This document shows, one piece after another, positions 20,201 to 29,257 of a DNA stretch of 64,000 nt. The notes below the pieces were generated by a model that did no database searches, was not told the DNA's origin, and saw only the letters and a list, made by a program, of their open reading frames with translations. How positions within the stretch are numbered: position 1 is the stretch's first letter; every line of letters starts with the position of its first letter. Origin of the DNA: a virus. The position numbers and the translations under genes were made by a program. Where the stretch lies: the IMG/VR virus record IMGVR_UViG_3300025916_000002. One strand, written 5' to 3'.

Positions 20201-23032
20201 AACATTCCGCCGGCTGTAGAGAATGAACTCCTCAGCTTTTCGCGTACGGGCTCTACCCCGCCGACTGGACACCCCAATCCTAAACAATACACGAACGCTG
20301 AAGGCTTCGCCGAATGGCTACGGGCATATGTGGTCAATCCGGAGATTGCGAAAGGCGCAGCTCCGGAAACGTACAAATTATATAATGAAAAAGTGAGCGA
20401 AGGGGCTAAGAAGACAATCGAATCATTCAGCAACGACTTCCGTACGCTTGCCGGGGCCAGTGGCCGGGATGCAACGCTCGCTAATATTCAGTGGGAAGGC
20501 GCCAACAAGGAAAGTATTGTGCGTCGTGCGAAAGGGCTCATGAAAGAGGTTTTCAGCAAATCCGATCCTGACGATATGTTCGCAGTTAGCTGGGCTGATA
20601 AAGTTTCAGCAAATATGTGGAAACCGTTGCGCGTACCGGAGAAAGCATTTGAATATGCGAAGGGGCTGAAGGGATTAGATGAAGTTTTGCCAGAAAACGA
20701 TTTTAATATACTCTCCCGACTATTCCTTTCAATCGATGGCAAGTTCGGAGAATATTTAAAAAATGGGCTACGGGACGGCCGCGATAACCTACGCTTATCT
20801 TCAGATGGGCAGCCTATGACACTCGACTGGTTATTGGGATCGCTCGATAACACCGATCCGGCAACTATTCAAAGAGATATGGAAGACGTGGCGGCTTACA
20901 TGGTAAACCAACGCACTATTGAGCTATCGAATAGATTTGGCCGGGATTCAAATTTAACAGGCATCGGCGCTGGCATTTATAAAGATTTAGATGTTGCATT
21001 GAAAGGTATCAAAGAGGCAAAAAGCGATCCGGTCAGGTTTAATCGGATAGAAAAATCGGCAAAACGCTATCGCGAATTTGCCGATGGTGTATTAAAATAT
21101 CTTGTAGACAAAGGTCGCATCAGCAAGGAAGGTTATGATGCCATAAAAACAGAGAATGCTCACTACGTAGGCATGCAGCGAGTTGTTGAAGGCGCGCCCG
21201 AACAAGAGATCATATCCGCTACGCCACAAGGCGCTGGCGGTAAAATAGGCTCTAAGGGGGAACCTATAAAATCTATAAAAGGTTCATCAAAAACCATAAT
21301 CAACCCCTATACGACCCTGCTCGACGGATTATACAAAGGGGTTAAAGAGGCCGATCGCAACGAGGTAATGCAGGCGTTTAATGACATGCTTCGATCCGAT
21401 AGGACGATGTATCAGGGTAAAGTAGAGTCTTTCGCAGACGTAGGACAACTCGGTTCTCCGGGAGATAAGAATGTAATAGTTAGTTTCAACAAGGGGAAAG
21501 CAGAACATTGGATATATCACCCTGAAGTTTATAAAGCTCTCAAAGGGCTCGATCATGATGCCTATAAACTACCCGGAGCGGCCAGTATCGTAGCGCGAAT
21601 AATTCGTTCAACAGTTACCAAAAATCCCGCTTTCTTCGTTAGGAATATCATCCGGGACACTGTAGAGCGAATGCTTAAAACTACGGTCAAATCAGGAGTG
21701 CGTGATTTCATAGGCGACAAAGCGCATTGGGATGACGTGGCGAGAATGGGAGGATTGAATTCAGGGCATTATATGCACAATCGGGAAGCTTATTACGGAT
21801 TGATGGAACACGCGATCAATAAGGTCTCCAAGAACAAAAACAGGCTTGTGGTTTTAAATCCAACCAACCTATGGCATGCGTATGAACACATTCTTGAAAA
21901 GGGAGAAACTTTAAATAGAGTGGCAGAATATCGCGCAGGTCTTCGGGCCGCCAAAGCAAAGGGAATGGACGATTACAACGCTTCCCTATCTGCCGCATTC
22001 AAGGCCCGCGATCTTATGGACTTTGGAGTAGCCGGTCATTATATGAAAATACTCAATCAGGTTATACCCTTCAGTAATGCCAAGGTGCAAGGCTGGCGTT
22101 CATCAATTGCAAGCGCCAAACAACGCCCATTGGCTTTTGCCGCTAAGACGATGATTGGACTTACCATTCCAACGGCAGCGGCATGGATGTGGAATCATAG
22201 AACAAAGGAGGATGGTGATGAGTACGAAAGTCTACCAGCTTATCAAAAGGATTTATTCTGGAATACGAAACTCGGCGCAGACAACTGGCTATCTATCCCC
22301 AAGCCTTACGAACTTGGCCTCTTTTCATCAGGAGTTGATCGCGCTATGTCAAAAGCCTTATGGGGCAACAAAGATGCTATGAAAGGATATGCCGGTTCAG
22401 TACTGGCGGCAGGTTCTTTAATTGATGAAGCCAGTATAGCCGGCGCTATCCCGGGCCTTCAGGAGGGATTCAACTACGACGCCTTTAGGAATAAAAACAT
22501 TGTCCCGGAGAGCGAAAATGCCCTTGATCTTTCTTTACGACACACAGAAACGGCCAGTCGGTTAGGGCAAGCAATGCAATCTGGATCGCAATGGATTTCA
22601 GGTTTTTGGGGCGGCGATGGTATTGACGCTCGTAAATGGGATCATTTCCTCAAAGCGCAATTTGCGTTTGCCGGACAAACAGCGGAAAAGTTATCTGATA
22701 TCGGTTCGGGTAACAGTAGGAATGAGTTTGGTCTTAATGATATTGGTATTTTCAAAAATTCCCCAGGATACAATTCTCCGGCTGTGCAGGATGCAATAGA
22801 GTTTGCAAAACGATGGAAGTTGACACAAAGCCGGGCTTATCGGGAATTAAATTCCATGATTAAGGATTATTTCGATACGAAAGATTCTGAAGAAAAAGAC
22901 CGCGCAGCTAAAGAGCTGATAGAATTTTCAAAACGCTTACTTTCCGATTGGCAGGCTTCTGGTATAGATAAAGTGCAGCAGGGGAAGTTTAAAGTAAAAC
23001 AAGAACGGGAAGCGGCGAGCAAAAGCAAATAA
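17204..23032 (+). CDS. giant virion-associated protein (1942 aa) with a zincin-type HExxH motif
   Basis: Single uninterrupted ORF. HEIGH lies at nt 20156-20170 (TTAHEIGHGIDDKFG), with EGFAEW downstream. A Gly/Ala-rich hydrophobic stretch starts around nt 18180. There is a duplicated N-terminal motif KVY(T/S)TLK(D/E)NI(S/D)GF. Confidence 0.6.
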   Translation: MAEDQVIAAPPQQDTLTGDPPSGPDYVSKVYTTLKDNISGFDKDEATFRKLMGDSSYRAKVYSTLKENIDGFNKGRDQFDSAVGVLRPKPGQPIGQLAAGEKPIDSVAGLLEKTGVKTAQQAHADELAAAKDRLTKTWDNITPLAEKTLQEDRQKDALGQEQAMLQRLGSDATRVAGGQPAVPFPAIAPTTPQDVQQFKNDEGNQRRLLSRQITAYQKEGNQKDANELQAAAFITQKQPASKGREDEALSYANDLKEGKLRYSPVTETLIKPTNLGESLTDAWGKRQDDIALYDVMNDGTDAEKIAALNKAIAPHDPLKPIHVPEGVAGFIGGEAGSLGLPGLAATAAGFIPAVGTAAAGGIMAHEQARRSAAGEAVKTYAEAKAKGATDEEALDAAKKGATVGMYTGAITGGLMGAAGAKAGKAALATPAPSGMLRAAAAKAFSFLKEEAPAALTQGAIAGTGEAVKNIAAGRPTAEGVAEAGLGAIGYTYAFGALAKLGRAIPKTAEKLRQGLIKLPPEDVKAIADEQVQAGIVTPDEAKIAVDNVEAHRAADEQIPDKVVNDEVRLKLQKRMERRAELEDELKTVNKAFHLEIKEKIAKLDEEVNEVANSKEAKTEHEEPGPEEVVNIPAGWNSDITSTKEALRNVPDDAFTEMRDGLHDVGMGQIGTIAKLYHKGDRPDIVRAVNDLVGKYVKAPVEPAVPRGTPEGQADASATMPDARILIEKGIESGKISDVYKPYAEHPEHFLDFIRDQIKGGNEPELRKEFGDDLVNLAKEDSNAQAVRSDPGQVPEGGQVVEGGKDIGSEDLQSPALNAPVNGEAPEQAGERVKSPEPATLRPPKVAKPAAPILTPEQQAQADYAYKNSYREFVKEHPDVSVDDYNRLRGAKFAQVRAAQTSAKHEQLYENIMGSDPQASGNRIPVDPIVGEKPKQISQIMSDVSKGLSQKIIYAKSGRKGGVGTYSTGSGGIKIKYTGDLDTTAHEIGHGIDDKFGVLANIPPAVENELLSFSRTGSTPPTGHPNPKQYTNAEGFAEWLRAYVVNPEIAKGAAPETYKLYNEKVSEGAKKTIESFSNDFRTLAGASGRDATLANIQWEGANKESIVRRAKGLMKEVFSKSDPDDMFAVSWADKVSANMWKPLRVPEKAFEYAKGLKGLDEVLPENDFNILSRLFLSIDGKFGEYLKNGLRDGRDNLRLSSDGQPMTLDWLLGSLDNTDPATIQRDMEDVAAYMVNQRTIELSNRFGRDSNLTGIGAGIYKDLDVALKGIKEAKSDPVRFNRIEKSAKRYREFADGVLKYLVDKGRISKEGYDAIKTENAHYVGMQRVVEGAPEQEIISATPQGAGGKIGSKGEPIKSIKGSSKTIINPYTTLLDGLYKGVKEADRNEVMQAFNDMLRSDRTMYQGKVESFADVGQLGSPGDKNVIVSFNKGKAEHWIYHPEVYKALKGLDHDAYKLPGAASIVARIIRSTVTKNPAFFVRNIIRDTVERMLKTTVKSGVRDFIGDKAHWDDVARMGGLNSGHYMHNREAYYGLMEHAINKVSKNKNRLVVLNPTNLWHAYEHILEKGETLNRVAEYRAGLRAAKAKGMDDYNASLSAAFKARDLMDFGVAGHYMKILNQVIPFSNAKVQGWRSSIASAKQRPLAFAAKTMIGLTIPTAAAWMWNHRTKEDGDEYESLPAYQKDLFWNTKLGADNWLSIPKPYELGLFSSGVDRAMSKALWGNKDAMKGYAGSVLAAGSLIDEASIAGAIPGLQEGFNYDAFRNKNIVPESENALDLSLRHTETASRLGQAMQSGSQWISGFWGGDGIDARKWDHFLKAQFAFAGQTAEKLSDIGSGNSRNEFGLNDIGIFKNSPGYNSPAVQDAIEFAKRWKLTQSRAYRELNSMIKDYFDTKDSEEKDRAAKELIEFSKRLLSDWQASGIDKVQQGKFKVKQEREAASKSK

Positions 23033-23043
23033 TCAACCAAAAT

Positions 23044-23589
23044 ATGACGTACAATTTTTCAAGGTGCCCATTCGATCCTCTTTGTAAGGAGCCGATGGTT
23101 GACGCCTATCCAAAACTGCGAACTATTTTTTCCACCACAAATGATGAAATTATCCGCTATGTCGTCATGATGTACGATAGCAAGTCGCCCATCATTGAGG
23201 AAGAGCGTGACCTTAACCGGCGAAAGGTGATTGCTGTTGAGATGAGTGGCATTGCGCTCCCCGACCGCGAGGACATGCTCGAACCATTGCACGAAGCCAT
23301 CATCGAATACCTTCAATTCACCCATGACCGCCTTTGGGCAGCAGCCGTAAGCACCGAGTTCCGCTTTTGGGAGGCTATTCGCATCCAGCTTCAGCCCATC
23401 AAGGCAGGCACCGACAAGGAGCAGCTGGAAGCCGCACAGAAAAAGAATGTCCTTGCGGATAGCATCGACGACTGCATGAAGCGCATTGATGCGTATGCAA
23501 AAGAAATGAGCGGCGGCGATGAGAAAGTGGAGAAGAAGGTGAAGAAACGCCTGAGCCCGGAAGAAATTGCTAACGGTAAAATGTCGTAA
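23044..23589 (+). CDS. hypothetical protein (181 aa), small terminase subunit candidate
   Basis: Position only: directly upstream of the HNH and large terminase genes. Confidence 0.25.
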   Translation: MTYNFSRCPFDPLCKEPMVDAYPKLRTIFSTTNDEIIRYVVMMYDSKSPIIEEERDLNRRKVIAVEMSGIALPDREDMLEPLHEAIIEYLQFTHDRLWAAAVSTEFRFWEAIRIQLQPIKAGTDKEQLEAAQKKNVLADSIDDCMKRIDAYAKEMSGGDEKVEKKVKKRLSPEEIANGKMS

Positions 23590-23592
23590 TGT

Positions 23593-24267
23593 ATGGAAAA
23601 AGTATGCACAAAATGTAAAGTCCTAAAGCCGCTAAGCGAATTCAGGATAAGAAAAAACAGGAATAATACTTATGAGGCAAGTTGCATCGAATGCAATCTT
23701 GAATACGTAAGACAGTGGAGAAAAAACAATATTGAAAAGGTGTATGCGGCCGTTAAAAGATATGAAGAAAGAAATAAGGAAAAGCAGAACGCTTATCGGC
23801 TCGCGCATTATCATGCTAATAAAGAGTGGATATCGGAACAAAAGAAAGCCAATTATCGGGGCGTAGAATCAAAGAAAAAACCGAAACATGAAATTAAAAG
23901 AAATCCGAGAACTAAACCGCATGCCGGTAGCGCTACCAATGAACATTATAACATTAAAAAGCGACTTATAGGCAGAATATATAATGCTGTAAGTGTCAAA
24001 AGAATGTTCAGAGTATCCAATACGCTGGATTTGGCAGGATGCGATATTGACTTTCTGAAAAAATATATAGAATCGAAATTTACGGAAGGTATGAGCTGGG
24101 ATAGAATATCTGAAATACATATCGATCATATAATACCCTGCGCTCAGTTCGATTTGACTAAAGAGGAAGATCAAAGGAAATGCTTTCATTATACCAATCT
24201 TCAGCCCTTATGGAAAATAGACAACTTACGTAAAGGCGCAAAACTTGACTATGTACTGGCCGATTAA
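23593..24267 (+). CDS. HNH endonuclease (224 aa)
   Basis: N-terminal CxxC..CxxC (CTKCK..CIECN). C-terminal HIDHIIPCAQ ... NLQPLWKIDNLRKG, i.e. an H-N-(H/N) core. Confidence 0.8.
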   Translation: MEKVCTKCKVLKPLSEFRIRKNRNNTYEASCIECNLEYVRQWRKNNIEKVYAAVKRYEERNKEKQNAYRLAHYHANKEWISEQKKANYRGVESKKKPKHEIKRNPRTKPHAGSATNEHYNIKKRLIGRIYNAVSVKRMFRVSNTLDLAGCDIDFLKKYIESKFTEGMSWDRISEIHIDHIIPCAQFDLTKEEDQRKCFHYTNLQPLWKIDNLRKGAKLDYVLAD

Positions 24268-26269
24268 AAAAGGAACAACCGAGATAATATATAAATTCTA
24301 CGAGTGTCACATACCACCCGTTGGATTTGGCTGCCATAGCGAGACGGGTGAAATTAAAAAGACTGACGTAATAAAGCGTTCGACAAAAGCGAGCGAGCAA
24401 TTCTGGCAAGCAACCCCGCTGCCCCCAGACTACATAAAAAAGAGCAAAATTGAAGAAGCTCGACAAAAAGACGATCCAGAGCATTTCGATCCTTCTCTGG
24501 AAGCCTTCCGGGAGCAGGAATGGAACCGGCGTTTATATGGGGTTTGGTTTTATTGCAACGGAACGCCTGTTTATATAACCGGGGAACATTATATGTATCT
24601 AAACTGGTGGAGCCTTGATGACGGCTTGCCTAAATACAGGGAGCCGGACAGAAAGAGGTATTACGTCTTGCAACTATGCGTACAGGACGATCGTTGCGCT
24701 GGCTTACTTGAAGCCTCAAATCGGCGAAGTGGTAAAAGTTATCGTGGGGGTTTATTCCTTTTCGACTATACATCCAGAACGAAGGATGCAAACTCAGGGG
24801 CGCAAAGTAAAACAGACGGAGATATAAAAAATCTTTTCAAGGGGAAGGTGGTCACTCCCTTTCGGCGCCTGCCCGGCTTCTGGCGCCCTGAAATAGATAC
24901 GATGGCTGGCGTTAATCCAGAAAAAGAACTCAGATTTACTAAGCCTTCTCGTCGTGGCAAAAAGGCACTTGAAGATGTTGGCGAGATGGGGCTGAATTCT
25001 TTCATCAACTTTCTCTCCTCAGACCAATATGCTTATGATGGCTGGAAATTACACAGGTATCTTGGGGATGAAGTTGGTAAAACTGCTCTTGTAAATGTGT
25101 ATGACCGGTGGCGAGTTGTAAAATACTGTCTTCGTGTTGGTAAGAATTGGATCGGTAAGGCTTTGATGACCACGACCGTAGAACGACTGAAAGGAGAGGT
25201 TACCCAAACTGAGGCATTTAAAAAACTATGGAAAGAAAGCTGTCCCGACGATAGAGACGCGAATGGCCATACTAAGAGCGGTCTTTATAAATACTTCACT
25301 CCTGCTTACGAAATGTTTGAGTTCGATAAGTTTGGTCAGCCGCTGGTTGAAGCCGGAAAGGAGTTCTACCTTAATACACGAGCGGGGCTTGCTGACGATC
25401 CCCACGCCCTTTCGTCTGAGATAACAAAAAATCCATTCACTGAAGAAGAATTATTTTTTACAGATGGGGAAAGTTGCCTGTACGACCCGGTAAAATTGAA
25501 CATACAGAAAGATAGGATTCTGGGAAGGAGTAACTTGACCGAGCGCGGTACTTTTTCATGGAAGGATGGGAAATTCAGCGAAGTTGTCTGGACTAAAGAA
25601 AAATCTGGCCGCTTTGAGATACTTACTGGCCTTAAATTGAACGCAACAAATCAGGTATTTTGTAGAGCCGGCCAGTATTACCCAAATAATAATTTCAGGA
25701 TAACGATTGGGGTAGACCCTTTCAAATTCGACACCACCTCAGATAATAGAAGGTCTGATTGCGCTGCACTCGCGTACATGAAATACGATGTAGCTGATAA
25801 GGCTAATATATTCAACGATACCTTTATATGCAAATATCTTCACCGGGCCCCAACGGCCAAGATGCAGTACGAAGATATATTGAAAATGGCATGGTACTTT
25901 GGCTGCCAGATACTTTTCGAGAGCAACGTGGACAATTGGAAGGAACATTTTAAGGAATGGGGGTGCATTGGATTCTTAATGAAGCTGCCGGGCGAAAAGG
26001 ATCATGGTCTTTACTCAGACGGACAAATGAGAACTAAGCAGCAAATCGCCGATTATACCGAAGCATACATTAATGAGCACATAGAAAAAGTGTACTTCGT
26101 AGACCTGATTGACGACTGGCTTGAATTCAATATTAAAAAATCGACGCCCTATGATCTTGCAATGGCCAGCGGTTATACATTAATAGCTGCCAAGCAGAAA
26201 TCCTACAAGCGGCAGGTTGACGCCGGCCGTGACGTATCAGATTATTTTCCAACATATCAAGCAAATTAA
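24245..26269 (+). CDS. terL: terminase large subunit (674 aa)
   Basis: Deviant Walker A SNRRSGKS, Walker B-like YLGDEVG, and a nuclease-domain Asp motif ITIGVDPFKFD. Immediately upstream of the portal-sized gene. Confidence 0.85.
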   Translation: MTMYWPIKKGTTEIIYKFYECHIPPVGFGCHSETGEIKKTDVIKRSTKASEQFWQATPLPPDYIKKSKIEEARQKDDPEHFDPSLEAFREQEWNRRLYGVWFYCNGTPVYITGEHYMYLNWWSLDDGLPKYREPDRKRYYVLQLCVQDDRCAGLLEASNRRSGKSYRGGLFLFDYTSRTKDANSGAQSKTDGDIKNLFKGKVVTPFRRLPGFWRPEIDTMAGVNPEKELRFTKPSRRGKKALEDVGEMGLNSFINFLSSDQYAYDGWKLHRYLGDEVGKTALVNVYDRWRVVKYCLRVGKNWIGKALMTTTVERLKGEVTQTEAFKKLWKESCPDDRDANGHTKSGLYKYFTPAYEMFEFDKFGQPLVEAGKEFYLNTRAGLADDPHALSSEITKNPFTEEELFFTDGESCLYDPVKLNIQKDRILGRSNLTERGTFSWKDGKFSEVVWTKEKSGRFEILTGLKLNATNQVFCRAGQYYPNNNFRITIGVDPFKFDTTSDNRRSDCAALAYMKYDVADKANIFNDTFICKYLHRAPTAKMQYEDILKMAWYFGCQILFESNVDNWKEHFKEWGCIGFLMKLPGEKDHGLYSDGQMRTKQQIADYTEAYINEHIEKVYFVDLIDDWLEFNIKKSTPYDLAMASGYTLIAAKQKSYKRQVDAGRDVSDYFPTYQAN

Positions 26270-26280
26270 TACCTTTAGTT

Positions 26281-28572
26281 ATGCAAAACGCAGTCCAGAC
26301 CGGCGGTCCCGCTTTTTACCCGCGTCATAATATTGACCCGGCTTTAAAAGACATCAACTGGGGTAAGCAATACGCCCGGGCTGCCATGTACGATTGGAGC
26401 AGCATTTTCCCGCGTACCGTCTTCTTCAATGCCGGCATCAAATACGAGGAGCACCGCCTCTATGCCATTGGTAAACAGCCCAACGCGAAGTATAAGAAAT
26501 GGATGGGTGTCAATGAGCAGACCAATAATACCTTCATGAATATCGACTGGTCTATCCGGCCGGTCGTATCCAAGTTGCGGGATATTGCCATTGCCCGCCT
26601 CATTCAGCAGGAGTACAACATCGTGGCCACGCCCATTGACCCGCTGGCAAAGACAGAACTCGACCAATACTACTCCATGATGCGCTCCAAGATTGCGTTA
26701 CGGCAGGTATTGCAGCAGCAGAACCCGGAGCTGGCTAATCACCCATTGATTGCTGCCCAGCCGGGCGAGCCGATGGATATGGAGGAGTTGGAAATGCGCC
26801 TGGATTTCGGGGAGCAGTTTAACCGCAGTAAAGACGCAGAGCTGGCCATCCAGCTGGCGCTGTATGAAAACGATAGCAAGCTATTCCGGCAGGGGATTTT
26901 CGAGAACTTCTTCGACTGCGGCGTGGCCGGCTACAAAGAGTGGTTGGGTGATGACGGGAAACCGAAGTTTCGCGGCGTGAACCCCGAATGCGTCATTACC
27001 AATTGGTGCCGTAAGAAGAACTTTAAGGATATGCAGCACGCCGGCGAGGTGATTGATGTGCCGCTGGTGGACCTCGCGGTACTGTACGATGCCGATGGCA
27101 ACCGTGTCTTCACCGACAAGGAACTGGAAGGCATGGCGGCAGATGTGGCCGGTAAATATACCAACCCTATGTATATGGGGACCGGTAGCGCACTGTTCAA
27201 GGGTTACGACAAATTCAAGGTGAAAGTACTCGACTTGGAATTCTTCAGCTACAATGAATACAACTGGCAGATGGCCGTGGATAACCGTGGCAACCTGCAA
27301 TACTCCCGGGCGGACTGGGGCCGTGGGCGCCGCAACAAAGAGAAGTACACCCGGAAGTGCTTTAAGGTGGTGTATAAAATAAAGTGGATCATCGGCACCG
27401 ACTATGCCTATGACTTCGGATTAGCCAGCGACCAAAAGCGCCAAATCGACCCGAAGAAGAAAGCCGAAACTACCCTTAGCTACCGGTTCTTTGCGCCTAC
27501 CTTCTATGAAATGCAGGCTCAGTCAATGATGGAACGGTTGATTCCGCTGATTGATGATTACCAACTTACCTGCTATAAAGTACAGAACATCAAGTCCCGC
27601 ATTGTGCCCAATGGCTGGTATATCGACCTGGATGCGTTGGAAAACGTGGCATTAAATAAAGGCGGCAAGAACATGACGCCTATGGAACTGCTGGAAATGT
27701 TCTATCAGACAGGCGTGCTCGTCGGTCGCTCGCAGGACGCCATGGCCAATAATATCAACTGGAAACCGGTTATCCCCATTCAAAATACCATCATCAATGA
27801 GCTCGTAGGGCTGTATCAGGACATGCAGAATACGCTGTCCCAGATGCAATCGATTGTGGGGCTCAATGAAATTACCGATGGGAGCACCCCGAATCCAAAA
27901 ACGCTGGTGCCCGGCTATGAGAACGCCAATGTATCTACCAATAACGCCCTGTTCTCGCTGGCTTTCGGCGAGAAGTGGCTCATGGAGCAACTGGCCAATG
28001 ATATCGTCGCCCGGACGCAGCAGGGTCTGCGCAAAGGAGGCGTGGAAGGCTATGCCCCAGCGCTGAATGCCAATACCCTTCGGTTCATACAGGTTAATCC
28101 TGATATCTCCCTCCGCGACTACGGCGTCATGCTGGACGAACGGCCGACAGACGACCAGAAAGCCATGCTGGCGCAGCAGATGCAGGCGGACCAAGCGCAG
28201 GGCTTCCTCGACACCAGCGATATCATCATGGTGACCAATACCTATAATATCAAGCAGGCCGCTCAGATGCTGGCGTATAAGGTGAAGAAGGCGAAACAGG
28301 CCAAGGACCAGCAGGCGATGGCTATCAATCAGCAGACCATTCAAGGTCAGCAGCAGTCGGTTATTGTCTCAGAGCAGGCCAAACAGCAAACCATTCAAGT
28401 ACAGTTGCAGGCGGATTTGATGTTGGAGGATAAGAAAGGACAGTGGTTGCTACGTGTCGCGCAGGAGAAAGCCGGGCAGCTTGAACGGTCAACTACAGAA
28501 ACGAATCAAACCAAAATTGTCAACCAGCAGCTGGCCAATCAGGCGAAACAGCTGCAACAAACTTCAGAATGA
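26281..28572 (+). CDS. portal protein candidate (763 aa)
   Basis: Large ORF directly after terL and before the scaffold and capsid genes. Q-rich C-terminal tail. Synteny and size only. Confidence 0.6.
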   Translation: MQNAVQTGGPAFYPRHNIDPALKDINWGKQYARAAMYDWSSIFPRTVFFNAGIKYEEHRLYAIGKQPNAKYKKWMGVNEQTNNTFMNIDWSIRPVVSKLRDIAIARLIQQEYNIVATPIDPLAKTELDQYYSMMRSKIALRQVLQQQNPELANHPLIAAQPGEPMDMEELEMRLDFGEQFNRSKDAELAIQLALYENDSKLFRQGIFENFFDCGVAGYKEWLGDDGKPKFRGVNPECVITNWCRKKNFKDMQHAGEVIDVPLVDLAVLYDADGNRVFTDKELEGMAADVAGKYTNPMYMGTGSALFKGYDKFKVKVLDLEFFSYNEYNWQMAVDNRGNLQYSRADWGRGRRNKEKYTRKCFKVVYKIKWIIGTDYAYDFGLASDQKRQIDPKKKAETTLSYRFFAPTFYEMQAQSMMERLIPLIDDYQLTCYKVQNIKSRIVPNGWYIDLDALENVALNKGGKNMTPMELLEMFYQTGVLVGRSQDAMANNINWKPVIPIQNTIINELVGLYQDMQNTLSQMQSIVGLNEITDGSTPNPKTLVPGYENANVSTNNALFSLAFGEKWLMEQLANDIVARTQQGLRKGGVEGYAPALNANTLRFIQVNPDISLRDYGVMLDERPTDDQKAMLAQQMQADQAQGFLDTSDIIMVTNTYNIKQAAQMLAYKVKKAKQAKDQQAMAINQQTIQGQQQSVIVSEQAKQQTIQVQLQADLMLEDKKGQWLLRVAQEKAGQLERSTTETNQTKIVNQQLANQAKQLQQTSE

Positions 28573-29198
28573 TGGAAACAAACGAAACGCAAGGCGCAGA
28601 AGCGCTCTCCGTTGAAGAAACGAAACAGCCCGAAGTGGTGCCCGCAGTCGAAGAGGTAGCCGCGCCCGAACCTGCCGAACAGGTCGCCGCTTTCACTCCG
28701 CAGGCGCCTGCACCTAAAGATGGCGAAGCGTCTGCACAGCGCCAGACTGCATACAGCACGCAGACGATAGTAAAGGGAAGCGAAGCGGCGGCGAAGCAAA
28801 GTGAGCAGTCAGAAGCGCTCAGCGTCAGCCCTGGCGCATACGAATGGCTGCAAAAGAATCGCTCAGCCAGCGAAAGCAACGGCGCAATACCGCAGCAGGC
28901 CCAGCCCATCGCCGACCTCAAATCCGCTATCCTGCAATCGCTCAACCCAAAATCCTTCTTCCCTATCACGCACATTTTGAAACGCTACTTCGGTGCCCGC
29001 TTCGCCACGCAGGAGGCGACCAAGGAAGCCCGCGTCCTCCTCGAAAGCTTGCACAACAGCCGGCAGATTATCGTGAACAACAACCGTCACATGCAGTTGG
29101 CGCGGCCTTTTTATACAAGCGCTACGCCGATGACGCAGTATCATACACTCGATAAGACGCCACTCGAAGCTATGTTGGGAGTGGGGATTGCATCGTAG
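28569..29198 (+). CDS. hypothetical head-module protein (209 aa, acidic N-terminus)
   Basis: ATGA overlap with the portal gene. Confidence 0.5.
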   Translation: MMETNETQGAEALSVEETKQPEVVPAVEEVAAPEPAEQVAAFTPQAPAPKDGEASAQRQTAYSTQTIVKGSEAAAKQSEQSEALSVSPGAYEWLQKNRSASESNGAIPQQAQPIADLKSAILQSLNPKSFFPITHILKRYFGARFATQEATKEARVLLESLHNSRQIIVNNNRHMQLARPFYTSATPMTQYHTLDKTPLEAMLGVGIAS

Positions 29199-29257
29199 TT
29201 GCAAAATAATTTTTCATTTTCGCTCTTTTACTCTATTTTTACCATAACAACCAAAAT

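Noticed and set aside
8738-29215. TTGCAA(A) motifs upstream of 8771 and 29258 as further copies of the early operator
   Set aside because: Only the 6-7-nt core is shared, which is expected by chance in AT-rich intergenic DNA. The AGTAC dyad and the second half of the element are missing.
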